Origin: Alkalilimnicola ehrlichii MLHE-1
Lineage (GTDB): Bacteria; Pseudomonadota; Gammaproteobacteria; Nitrococcales; Halorhodospiraceae
Length of the DNA stretch: 32,000 bases
Assembly (NCBI RefSeq): GCF_000014785.1
Contig: NC_008340.1
Span: 2,220,001 to 2,252,000 of the forward strand
Direction: 5' to 3'
Positions 1 to 8,914 of this stretch are shown here, piece after piece; within the stretch, counting starts at the first letter, position 1, and every line of letters begins with the position of its first letter. The notes below the pieces were generated by a model, which saw only the letters and a program-made list of their open reading frames with translations, was not told the origin of the DNA and searched no databases. Made by a program: the position numbers and the translations under genes.

Positions 1-285
1 TCCACACCCCGCCATGGACTGCCACGCCCCTGCGGGGCTCCCAGTGACGGTGGGGGAAGCCCCCGTCATCGCGAGGAGCGCAGCGACGCGGCGATCCACA
101 CCCCGCCTGGACTGCCACGCCCCTGCGGGGCTCCCAGTGACGGTGGGGGAAGCCCCCGTCATCGCGAGGAGCGAAGCGACGCGGCGATCCACACCCCGCC
201 ATGGACTGCCACGCCCCTGCGGGGCTCCCAGTGACGGCGGGGGAAGCCCCCGTCATCGCGAGGAGCGCAGCGACGCGGCGATCCA
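1..285. repeat. Tandem array of three ~94-bp units (1-94, 95-187, 188-281, plus trailing tcca), probably continuing left of the window; each contains a REP-like motif GTCATCGCGAGGAGCG(C/A)AGCGACGCGGCGATCCA
   Basis: Direct comparison: 'tccacaccccgcc(a)tggactgccacgcccctgcggggctcccagtgacgg(t/c)gggggaagcccccgtcatcgcgaggagcg(c/a)agcgacgcggcga' repeats at 1, 95 and 188 with very few differences. Units contain GCCCC-TGC-GGGGC, a bulged TGACGGtGGGGG-aag-CCCCCGTCA and ATCGC...GCGAT inverted repeats. Confidence 0.93.
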
Positions 286-353
286 GGTGGCGCGTGGACT
301 GTCAGGTCGCTTGCCGCCTCGCTGTGCCGACCGGACACCCAATGGCGTTCAGC

Positions 354-2492
354 TCACCGATGCCGGAGTTCCCAGCAATAATGCACGTGGGGATTACGGG
401 CGTAATCTGGGGGGATCGTCTCCCGGGTGATCTCCCGGCAGGCGTAGTCGGACGCCACCGCCTCATCCAGGGAAAACCCCCGCCGGTTACAGGAAAAGAC
501 CAACAACCCATCCGGGGCCAGCAACTGCATGGCCTGGCGGATCAGCCGGGGGTGATCGCGCTGCACGTCGAAGCTCTCGCACATGCGCTTGGAGTTGGAA
601 AAGGTCGGCGGGTCCATGAAGATCAGGTCGTAACGCCCGGGCCGGCTTTCCGCCTGCCCGGCCAGCCAGGCCAGGCAGTCCGCCCGCTCCAGCCGATGGC
701 GCGCTCCCGGCTCGATGCCGTTAAGCAGGAGATTATCCCGCGCCCAACCCAGGTAGGTGGCCGACAGGTCCACGGTGATGGTCTCTCTGGCACCGCCTAA
801 CGCCGCATGCACCGTCGCCGTTCCGGTATAGGCGAACAGATTGAGGAACCGCCGCCCCCTGGCCTGCTCCCCGAGTCGCAGCCGGGTGATGCGATGATCC
901 AGGAACAGACCGGTATCGAGATAATCGCTCAGGTTGATGTAGAACCGGGCCGGGCCCTCCTGCACCACCCACCGCTCGCCGGTCTGGTCCACCGGGCGGT
1001 ACTGGTCCGCCCCCTTCTGCCGGCGGCGCACCTTAAGGTGAACCCGCTCCGGCCCCACCTCCAGGTGCGCCGCGATCACCTCCAGCGCCTCACGCAGCCG
1101 CCGCCGGGCGCTGCGTGGGTCGACGCTGCGCGGGGCCTGATACTCCTGGACATGGGCATGGCGCCCCGATTCCGTTTCGTAGACATCCACCGCCAGCGCA
1201 TACTCCGGCAGATCACCGTCGTACAACCGGTAGGCCTTAACGCCCTCGCGTCGCAACCAGCGCCGGAGGTGGCGGTGATTCTTCTGCAGCCGGTTGTCCA
1301 GGGCCGTGGCCCCCTGACTCCGCCGGTCCGCGCCCTGCTCACGCAGGGCGAAGACGGCCAGTTGGGTCTCCAGGGCACCGTTATACAAGGCGTGCCGGCG
1401 GGCGATGGAAAGCCCCAGGTAATCGAGCAGCTCCGGCGCACCGCTAAAGACGGCACCCTGCCAGCCACCGAAGGCCCCTCGCAGGCGGGCCCCCAGGCTG
1501 GCGTAGAGGGTGACCAGTGCCTGGCGCTGGCCCAACCGCTCCCCATATGGAGGATTGACCACCACCAGACCCGGCCGCTCCCCGACCGGTTCCGCCGCCT
1601 CCAGCGACCGGCGCTCGAAGTGGACGCGGTCTCGCAGCCCCGCCCGCTCGCGATTGTCCAACGCCGCGCGGATCGCCTGCGGGTCCTGATCGTAGCCCAC
1701 CAGCGCCAGCCGTCGCCGGCCCCCGGCGGCGGCGCGCTCCTCGGCCTCGTCGCGCAGACGCTTCCAGTAGACCGGGACGTGCCCTGCCCAGCGGCTGAAG
1801 CCCCAGCGCTCGCGCCCCAGCCCCGGAGCACGGTCCAGCGCCATCAGGGCCCCCTCCAGCACCAGCGTCCCGGAGCCACACATGGGGTCGAGCAGACCAC
1901 CGCCGTCCTCGGCAATGCGCGGCCACCCCGCCAGCCAGAGGAGTCCGGCGGCCAGGTTCTCTTTCAGGGGGGCACGGCCCCCGCCCTGGCGGTAACCACG
2001 CCGGTGTAGGCTCTCGCCGGAAAGGTCGATCCCCAGACGCAGCCGCCCGCCCGCCAGTACCGCATTGATGCGCAGATCCGGGGCGGCCGTGTCCACCGAG
2101 GGCCGGGGGTGGCCAACGGCCCGCATGCGATCCACCACCCCATCCTTCACCCGCTGCGCCCCGAACCGGGTATGGCGGATGGCGGCATTGCTGCCATGAA
2201 AATCCACCGCCAACGTGTCACCCGGCAACAGATGGTCCTCCCAGGGCAGGTCGCGAGCTGCTTGATAAAGGCCGTCGGCATCCTCCACCGGGACGGTGCT
2301 CAACCCGAGCAGGATCCGGCTGGCGAGTCGGGACCATAGGCAGGCCCGGAGCGCACTCTCCAGATCCCCCTCCCAGGCGACCCCGGCGCGCTGCGCCCGG
2401 GGCTGGGCGACCCCGAGCCGGGCCAACTCCTCGACCAGCGCCGGCTCCAGGCCCCGGGGGCAGGCCGCAAACAGGGAATGGTGTTCGTTCAC
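354..2492 (-). CDS. rlmL: Bifunctional 23S rRNA (guanine) methyltransferase RlmKL
   Basis: 712-aa ORF with N-terminal THUMP/RlmL-like region, DPMCGSGTL and NPPYGERLG motifs, then a second methyltransferase domain ([31 protein letters not shown]). Confidence 0.95.
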
Positions 2493-2499
2493 CCGGTCA

Positions 2500-3054
2500 T
2501 TACCACATCAGGTCGTCGGGAATGGGGTGCTCCTCGTAGGCGGGATCGGCGTCGCCGCCGCCGGGCTCATTGAGGAGGACCAACGCCTCGGGATGCTGCT
2601 CGCGGACCTTCTCCCCCGTCTCCCGGGGCACCAGGGCGTACTCCCGGTCCAGCGCCACCACCGCCAGACGGCCCTCGGCCAAGGAGCGGGCCTGGTGTTC
2701 GGTCACGAGGATCCGCTTGATCACCTTGCCGACCGCAAAGTGGAAGGGCACCTCGCCCCGGTTGTCGTCCACCCGGACCTTGCGGATCAACTGCTGGACG
2801 GCGGCACGCCCGGCCTTTGCCGCCTTGGCGGCCTCACGCCGGCGGTTCAGCTCGCGATCACGCGCGCGCTTCTCCGCCTGTGCCCGTTGCGCCTGGCGCT
2901 CCGCCTGGTCGGCGGTGGTGTCGGGTTTGGCCGCCTTGCCGCCTTTACGCCGGTTTTTTGAGCGACGCCGTTCGCGCAGTTCACGCTGTGCATCCTTGGC
3001 CTGCTCCTTGGATGCCAGGCCCGCCTTTAAAAGTTGATCCTGCAACGATTCCAT
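2500..3054 (-). CDS. DUF2058 (YaiL-like) family protein
   Basis: 184-aa ORF with the highly charged Lys/Arg/Gln N-terminal half and '[40 protein letters not shown]' C-terminal half typical of the family; 7 bp upstream of rlmKL. Confidence 0.85.
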   Translation of the reverse strand: MESLQDQLLKAGLASKEQAKDAQRELRERRRSKNRRKGGKAAKPDTTADQAERQAQRAQAEKRARDRELNRRREAAKAAKAGRAAVQQLIRKVRVDDNRGEVPFHFAVGKVIKRILVTEHQARSLAEGRLAVVALDREYALVPRETGEKVREQHPEALVLLNEPGGGDADPAYEEHPIPDDLMW

Positions 3055-3187
3055 GATGGTCGGCCCGAGCCATTATCCGCTTTGGGGAAACGGGTAGGCT
3101 AGCAGGCGCCGCCCGGGGCGCCAAGGACCGGCCATTACACTAAAACCCTGGTGGAAAACCCCGGTTCCATACATTACAGTTAAGCAT

Positions 3188-3203
3188 GTGTCGTATACGA
3201 CAC
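3188..3203. promoter_or_regulatory. Perfect 16-bp palindrome GTGTCGTATACGACAC, candidate operator upstream of the porin gene
   Basis: Exact self-reverse-complement in the 329-bp intergenic region between divergent DUF2058 and porin genes. Confidence 0.5.
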
Positions 3204-3383
3204 GCCTGTTGTTTTCACGAGACATTCGCCAGCGCCTTGCTGGCACGGGATTTTCGGCCCGCGGCACGTCTCCGGCACCCAGCCGGGCCGTGGGCCAGGG
3301 GTCAGGCCGGCGGGCGGGGCGACTCCCACCAGCCGGCCCGGGTAGCAGAAGCAATCCATTGGATGAAGAGGAGTACGCCACTC

Positions 3384-4601
3384 ATGATGCGTAAACTGAC
3401 CTGCTATTGCAGCGCGGCGGCGCTGGCTGCCGGTGCGTCGCTCTCCGGCGCGGTGATGGCCGACGAGGCCCGGATTGCCGAACTCGAGGAGCGTATCGAG
3501 GCGCTGGAGGCGAGTCCGGCCACCGGCGACGGCATCCGGTTCGGGGGCGCGCTGCGCTTCAACGTCCGTTACGACGACACCGACGCCGGCTCCGCCATCC
3601 GCGACCGCGGCGGCGATATCAACCTGGACACCTTCCGCGTCAACGTGGACGGCCGCCAGGATCGGGTGACCTTTGCCGCCGAGTATCGCTGGTATCCGGA
3701 CTTCGACCAGCACTTCCTGCACACCGGCTGGGTGGGCTACGACTTCACCGACACCACCACGGCCCGGATTGGTCAGCAGCGTGCCGCCTTCGGCCTGCAG
3801 CCCTACCAATCCAACAACTTCTGGTTCAGCAGCAACTACTATGTCGGGCTGGAGGACAAGCTAGCCATCGGCATCAACGTAGACCATGAGCAGGGCCCGC
3901 TGAAGCTGGACCTGGGCTTCTTCAGCAACCCGGCCTCCGGCAGCGCCGGCAGCTCCGGGCACTACTCCACCGAGGTGGCCCCGGCCGCTGACTGTGGCGC
4001 CGGTGCCGACGCCGGGTTGTGCAACGAGGAGATGAACCAACTCTACGCCCGCGCCGCCTACACCTTCGACCATGGACCGGACGCCGCCACTGAGTTCGGC
4101 ATCTCCGGCATGGCCGGCAAACTGCGCAACACCCTGACCGGTGACCGCGGTGACAGCTGGGCGGCGGCCGCGCACCTCAACGGCCAGTATCAGCGCTGGA
4201 ATGTCATGGCCCAGTTTGCCTCTTACGAGCATGATCCGCGCAACCCGGACGGGGCCAACGACGACATCATCAACATGAGCATCCAGGGCTTTACCGGCTT
4301 TGGGACCCCGTCAGAGGCGGACACCTTTATCCTGAATGTCGCCTACGACCTGCCGGTCAGCTTCGGCCCGGTGAGCAACCTGCGCTTCTACAACGACTAC
4401 TCCACGGTGCGGAGCAAGTCCGACAGCTCCCGCAACACGGAGCAGAACGTCACCGGGATGTCCATCACCGCGGGTAACATCTTCACCTACGTGGACATCA
4501 TCCGTGGCAAGAACCAGCCCTTTGTCGGCGGCCAGACCATGGTCGGTGATGACGGCAGCTGGGAGACCCTGTACAACATCAACATCGGCTACTATTTCTG
4601 A
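3384..4601 (+). CDS. Outer-membrane porin (beta-barrel, phosphate-selective porin O/P-like)
   Basis: ORF track starts at 3186, but ATG 3384 (MMRKLTCYCSAAALAAGASLSGAVMA signal peptide) with aggag at 3368-3372 is the likely start. Short coiled coil EARIAELEERIEALEA, then 'GIRFGGALRFNVRYDD' strands and a C-terminal aromatic residue (NIGYYF). Confidence 0.85.
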   Translation: MMRKLTCYCSAAALAAGASLSGAVMADEARIAELEERIEALEASPATGDGIRFGGALRFNVRYDDTDAGSAIRDRGGDINLDTFRVNVDGRQDRVTFAAEYRWYPDFDQHFLHTGWVGYDFTDTTTARIGQQRAAFGLQPYQSNNFWFSSNYYVGLEDKLAIGINVDHEQGPLKLDLGFFSNPASGSAGSSGHYSTEVAPAADCGAGADAGLCNEEMNQLYARAAYTFDHGPDAATEFGISGMAGKLRNTLTGDRGDSWAAAAHLNGQYQRWNVMAQFASYEHDPRNPDGANDDIINMSIQGFTGFGTPSEADTFILNVAYDLPVSFGPVSNLRFYNDYSTVRSKSDSSRNTEQNVTGMSITAGNIFTYVDIIRGKNQPFVGGQTMVGDDGSWETLYNINIGYYF

Positions 4602-4630
4602 TCCGATAGGCGACTGTTGTACACGCCATA

Positions 4631-4657
4631 ACGCGGGCCCCTGGCCCGCGTTTTTTT
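4631..4657 (+). terminator. Intrinsic terminator of the porin gene
   Basis: Perfect 9-bp stem acgcgggcc-cct-ggcccgcgt (4631-4651) followed by a T run (to 4657), 30 nt after the porin stop. Confidence 0.9.
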
Positions 4658-4659
4658 GC

Positions 4660-5370
4660 CTAGATCCCATCCGCGCCTGCCAGCCCCGACCCCCTCAGCA
4701 CCGCCCTCCAGGCCTCATTCAGCGGGCAGTCAAGGTGCAGCCGCGCCCCTGTCCCGGGATGCCGAAAGGCAAGCCGTGTCGCCCGCAACAGTAATTCACT
4801 GGCACCAAACCGCTCCCGGAACAGGCGGTTGTGGGGCCCCTTGCCGTAGGTGGTGTCACCGATGATCGGGTGGCTGATGTGCTTCATGTGCCGCCGCAAC
4901 TGATGTTGCCGGCCGGTGATGGGGCGCAGCTCCAACAGCGCGTAGCGTGCGGTCGGATGCGGCGGCATGGGGATCGGCAGCTCTGTGGTCGCGAGTCGGT
5001 GGAAATCGGTGACCGCCGGCTGGCGCTCGGATCGCCCGGGTCGCCGGAGCGGGTGCTCCACCCGCCCCTGCTCCAACGGCCAGCCCCGAACCACTGCTAG
5101 GTAGCGTTTCTCCACCTCACGCTGCTGAAACTGCGCAGCGAGGGCCCGCGCGGCCTCGGGATGCAGGGCGAACACCACCAACCCCGACGTGGGCGGGTCC
5201 AGCCGGTGCACCGGCCAGAGCCACTGGCCGAGCTGGTCGCGCAGCCGTTGCAGCAACACAGCGTCGCCGGGATGGCGGCGGGACCGGTGCACCGGCATAC
5301 CCGCCGGCTTGTCCACCGCCACCAGGTCGTGATCCCGGTGGATAATGTCCAGGGGCGCGTCCGAAGTCAT
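4660..5370 (-). CDS. truC: RluA-family pseudouridine synthase, TruC-like (tRNA pseudouridine-65)
   Basis: HRLDPPTSGLVVFA catalytic motif, IGDTTYGKGPHNRLFRERFG and short single-domain size. Start at 5370 (MTSDAPLDIIHRDHDLVAVDKPAGMPVH) is preferred over the 5400 ATG in the track. Confidence 0.85.
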   Translation of the reverse strand: MTSDAPLDIIHRDHDLVAVDKPAGMPVHRSRRHPGDAVLLQRLRDQLGQWLWPVHRLDPPTSGLVVFALHPEAARALAAQFQQREVEKRYLAVVRGWPLEQGRVEHPLRRPGRSERQPAVTDFHRLATTELPIPMPPHPTARYALLELRPITGRQHQLRRHMKHISHPIIGDTTYGKGPHNRLFRERFGASELLLRATRLAFRHPGTGARLHLDCPLNEAWRAVLRGSGLAGADGI

Positions 5371-5445
5371 GGTGAGAGGGATCGTCGGGGCGGCGCGCAC
5401 CCCGCCACCGTCCTCCCCCGGCCCCAGGAGGGGCCAGAGGGGTGG

Positions 5446-5805
5446 CTAGTCCTGCGATGCCGCCCGGCGCAGGCGGTCACTCCGCTCCTTGCGTTTCTGC
5501 AGGTGCTTGCGCAGATCGTGCCGATAGATGAAGCCCGGGAGTGCGAATACCGCAAACAGGCACAGGGTGGTCACATAGAACACCCAGTCCTTGGGATAGA
5601 TGTCGCCGGTGACGCTGTACTCCAAGCCAATGGCGGCCGCCCCGGCGACCAGGTAATACACCCCCCATTCCAGGAAGCGCACCCACTCCCGTTTACCCCG
5701 GGGCGGGGTTGGCGCGACAAGGAAGACGCGCTCGGTCAGCCAGGGCAGATTGGCCGCCACCACCGCGAGCAGGAATAGCAACGCGATCGCACTGTTCTCA
5801 CCCAT
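5446..5805 (-). CDS. DUF2818 family membrane protein adjoining nuoN
   Basis: 119-aa ORF, MGENSAIALLFLLAVVAANLPWLTERVFLV, hydrophobic segments; ATG overlaps the nuoN stop by 8 nt (ATGGGTGA). Confidence 0.85.
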   Translation of the reverse strand: MGENSAIALLFLLAVVAANLPWLTERVFLVAPTPPRGKREWVRFLEWGVYYLVAGAAAIGLEYSVTGDIYPKDWVFYVTTLCLFAVFALPGFIYRHDLRKHLQKRKERSDRLRRAASQD

Positions 5806-7264
5806 AACTCACGCCAAAGGCCGCCATGCAGGCGGAGATCAGGCTGTCCGGGAAGATGCCAAGCAGCAGCACGGCGATGCCGTTCGCCACCAGAAGGCCT
5901 CGCATCGCCGGCGAGCCGGTTTGCGGCGGCGCGTCCGTCTCGGGCTTATCAAAGTAGACGAACTTGAGGACCCGCAGGTAGTAGAAGGCGCCGATAACGG
6001 CGAAGACCACGGCGAACACCGCCAGCCAGACCAGGCCCACGTCCACCACCGATTTGATCACCAACCACTTTGCGTAGAAGCCCACCGTGCCGGGGATACC
6101 GGTCATGGAGAACATCAACAACAGCATCATCAGCGCCATGGCCGGACTGCGATCGTTCAGCCCCTTGAAGTCACTGATATTCTCCGCCTCAAAGCCGCGG
6201 TGGGAGAGGAGGATGATGAGACCAAATGCCCCGGCCGACATGATGCCGTAGGTGATGGCGTAGAACAGCGCCGTCGAGTAGCCCTCAGCGGTGCCGGCAA
6301 TGAAGCCGAGCAGGATAAAGCCCACGTGTGACGCGGTGGAGTAGGCCAGCATGCGTTTGATGTTGGTCTGCGCCAATGCCGCCAGGTTACCCACCACCAG
6401 GGAGGCCACCGCGAGCAGGATGATCATCGGTTGCCACTGGTCGTGGATTGGCCCCAGTCCCTCGGAGAGCAGCCGGACGAACAGCGCCACCGCCGCGACC
6501 TTGGGTGCGGTGCTGGCGAACAGCGCCACCGTGGTCGGCGCGCCCTGATAGACGTCGGGCATCCAAGTGTGGAACGGCACGGCGCCGAACTTGAAGGCCA
6601 CGCCTACCACCACCAGGGTCATCCCGAGCAGCAACAGCCAATCGTTCGCGCCCTGCTCACCGGCATAGACCGCCACCTCGGCCAGGTTCAGCGAGCCCGT
6701 GGCGCCGTAGATCAGGGACATGCCGTAGAGCAGGATGCCCGAGGCGATGGCACCCAGAACGAAGTATTTCATCGCCGCCTCGGTGGCCCGCAGGTTATCG
6801 CGGTTAAAGGCCACCATGGCGTACAGGGTGAGCGCCAGCAGCTCCAGGCCCAGGTAGACCGTCATGAGATTGTGCGCCGAGGCCATGATCATCATGCCCA
6901 GCAGCGAAAAGAGCCCGAGCACGAAGTACTCACCCTTGAGCAGGCCGCGGTCCTCCAGGTAATCGCGGCAGTAGGCAAAGCTGAGGAAGCCCAGACCGGC
7001 GATGGCCACCTTAAGGACCGCCGCCAGGTTGTCGGAGACATAGGTGCCACTGAAGGTGACCGCAGGCTCACCCCAATGGGCGACAATGGCCAGCACCCCC
7101 GCCACCACCAGGGTGAACTGGGTCAGCATGAAGGTCATCCCGCGGCGGCTGTCCTGGCTGTACAGGTCCACGACCAGCACCACACAGGCCATCACCAGCA
7201 TCCAGATCTCCGGCAGCGCCAGGGAAAAATCCGGCATCACGAAGTCCGGCGTCTCGACGGTCAT
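5798..7264 (-). CDS. nuoN: NADH-quinone oxidoreductase subunit N
   Basis: 488-aa polytopic protein of the proton-pumping antiporter-like family (YFVLGAIASGILLYGMSLIYG, FKFGAVPFHTWMPDVYQGAP). Confidence 0.96.
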   Translation of the reverse strand: MTVETPDFVMPDFSLALPEIWMLVMACVVLVVDLYSQDSRRGMTFMLTQFTLVVAGVLAIVAHWGEPAVTFSGTYVSDNLAAVLKVAIAGLGFLSFAYCRDYLEDRGLLKGEYFVLGLFSLLGMMIMASAHNLMTVYLGLELLALTLYAMVAFNRDNLRATEAAMKYFVLGAIASGILLYGMSLIYGATGSLNLAEVAVYAGEQGANDWLLLLGMTLVVVGVAFKFGAVPFHTWMPDVYQGAPTTVALFASTAPKVAAVALFVRLLSEGLGPIHDQWQPMIILLAVASLVVGNLAALAQTNIKRMLAYSTASHVGFILLGFIAGTAEGYSTALFYAITYGIMSAGAFGLIILLSHRGFEAENISDFKGLNDRSPAMALMMLLLMFSMTGIPGTVGFYAKWLVIKSVVDVGLVWLAVFAVVFAVIGAFYYLRVLKFVYFDKPETDAPPQTGSPAMRGLLVANGIAVLLLGIFPDSLISACMAAFGVSYG

Positions 7265-7346
7265 AGCAGATCCTCAGCAACGGGCCGCCGGCGCGGCCCC
7301 TCGTTCCCATGTCAGTTTGGTAAATCCGTGGTCCGGCCGCCCCGGT

Positions 7347-8852
7347 TCAGGCACCCGTGACCTGGTTCAGCAGGTGAAGCAGGCTCGGCTCCATCACCTC
7401 AACCAGCGGGGCCGGCCACAGGCCCAGGAGCAGCACCATGGCCGCCAGCAGCCCCAGCACCAGCACCTCGCGCCGATTCACGTCCTCGAGCTTGGCCACA
7501 TTCTCGTTGGCCACCTCGCCAAAGATCACCCGCTTCACCATCCACAGCGAGTAGGCGGCCCCCAACACCAGGGTGGTCCCCGCCACGAAGGCGTACCAGA
7601 AGTTCGCCTGGAAGGCCGCCAGGATAACCATGAACTCGCCGACGAAGCCGGAGGTGCCCGGCAGCCCGGCATTGGCCATGGCGAACAGGACGAAAAAGGC
7701 GCCAAACCAGGGCATGGTGTTGATCACGCCGCCGTAGTCGGCGATCTGGCGGGAGTGCATGCGATCGTACAGAACGCCGACGCAGAGGAACATGGCCGCC
7801 GAGATGAAGCCGTGGGAGATCATCTGGACCATGCCACCCTGCAGCGCCAGCATGCCCCCCTGCTCACCGCCCCCGTTGGCCATGATCTGGAAGATCAGGA
7901 AGAAGCCCAGGGTCACGAAGCCCATGTGGGCGATGGAGGAGTAGGCGATCAGCTTCTTCATATCCTTCTGGACCATGGCCACCAGGCCGATATAGGCCAC
8001 GGCCACCAGGGACATGAGGATGATCAGCCAGTCCAGCGTCATGCTGGCCTCCGGGGTGATCGGCAGCGAGAAGCGCAGGAAGCCGTAGCCGCCGATCTTC
8101 AGCATGATCGCCGCCAGGATCACGGACCCCCCGGTGGGCGCCTCCACGTGGGCGTCCGGCAACCAGGTGTGCACCGGCCACATGGGCACCTTCACCGCGA
8201 ACGCGCCCAGGAAGGCCAGGAAGATGAGCACCTGGGCGGTGAGCCCCAGGTCGAGGCCGTGCATGTCCAGGATGCCGAAGCTGCCGGCCTGCAGCCGCAG
8301 GTAGATCACCGCCACCAGCATGAGCACGGAGCCCAGGAAGGTGTAGAGGAAGAATTTGATGGTCGCGTAGATGCGGTTGGCCCCGCCCCAGATGCCGATG
8401 ATCAGGAACATCGGCACCAGCATCGCCTCGAAGAAGACGTAGAACAGGATGGCATCAAGGGCGGAGAACACGCCCACCATGATGCCCTCCATAATCAGGA
8501 AGGCGGCCAGGTATTGGGACGGCCGATACTTGATCACCTCCCAGCCGGCAATGACCACCAACAGGGTACAGAAGGTGGTGAGGATGATCAGCGGCATGGA
8601 GATGCCGTCCACACCCAGGTGATAGTACACCTGCAGCGCCGATACCCACTCCCGCTGCTCCACGAACTGCATCTCGTGGGTGCCCGGCTCGAAGCCGAAA
8701 TACAGCGGGAGGCTGGCCAGGAAGGTCACCAGCGCAATACCCAGAGCCGTCCAGCGGACCCGATCGGGCGCACTGTCCCCCAGGACCATCACCGCTACCC
8801 CACCGAGGATGGGCAGCCAGATCAGCAGACTCAGCAACCAACCGTCAAACAT
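7347..8852 (-). CDS. nuoM: NADH-quinone oxidoreductase subunit M
   Basis: 501-aa protein with DGISMPLIILTTF and FAVKVPMWPVHTWLPDAHVEAPTGGSV. Confidence 0.97.
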   Translation of the reverse strand: MFDGWLLSLLIWLPILGGVAVMVLGDSAPDRVRWTALGIALVTFLASLPLYFGFEPGTHEMQFVEQREWVSALQVYYHLGVDGISMPLIILTTFCTLLVVIAGWEVIKYRPSQYLAAFLIMEGIMVGVFSALDAILFYVFFEAMLVPMFLIIGIWGGANRIYATIKFFLYTFLGSVLMLVAVIYLRLQAGSFGILDMHGLDLGLTAQVLIFLAFLGAFAVKVPMWPVHTWLPDAHVEAPTGGSVILAAIMLKIGGYGFLRFSLPITPEASMTLDWLIILMSLVAVAYIGLVAMVQKDMKKLIAYSSIAHMGFVTLGFFLIFQIMANGGGEQGGMLALQGGMVQMISHGFISAAMFLCVGVLYDRMHSRQIADYGGVINTMPWFGAFFVLFAMANAGLPGTSGFVGEFMVILAAFQANFWYAFVAGTTLVLGAAYSLWMVKRVIFGEVANENVAKLEDVNRREVLVLGLLAAMVLLLGLWPAPLVEVMEPSLLHLLNQVTGA

Positions 8853-8914
8853 CCGCTATTTCCTTACCAAATCAAAGTCCGCGAGACGGGTTCCTGCCTG
8901 GCGCTCGCCCCAAC

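Noticed and set aside
1-285. Possible CRISPR array
   Set aside because: Units are directly abutting near-identical ~94-bp repeats with no variable spacers, and there are no cas genes nearby.
14-800. Plus-strand ORFs 14..430 and 201..800 over and beside the repeat array (MDCHAPAGLPVTVGEAPVIARSAATRRS...)
   Set aside because: They are translations of the 94-bp tandem repeat or antisense to rlmKL. The repeated peptide simply follows the DNA repeat and there is no RBS or family support.
807-2009. 400-aa plus-strand ORF antisense to rlmKL
   Set aside because: Overlaps strongly supported RlmKL domains; Gln/Pro/Arg-rich antisense translation without homology features.
3098-3130. GC-rich stem-loop ggcgcc-gcccgg-ggcgcc considered as a terminator or riboswitch
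   Set aside because: It lies in a divergent intergenic region with no T run on either strand and no recognisable aptamer features; the 6-bp stem is unremarkable at this GC content.
7282-7299. gggccg-ccggcg-cggccc inverted repeat between nuoM and nuoN
   Set aside because: Short 6-bp GC stem, no T run, inside an operon; expected by chance at this base composition.
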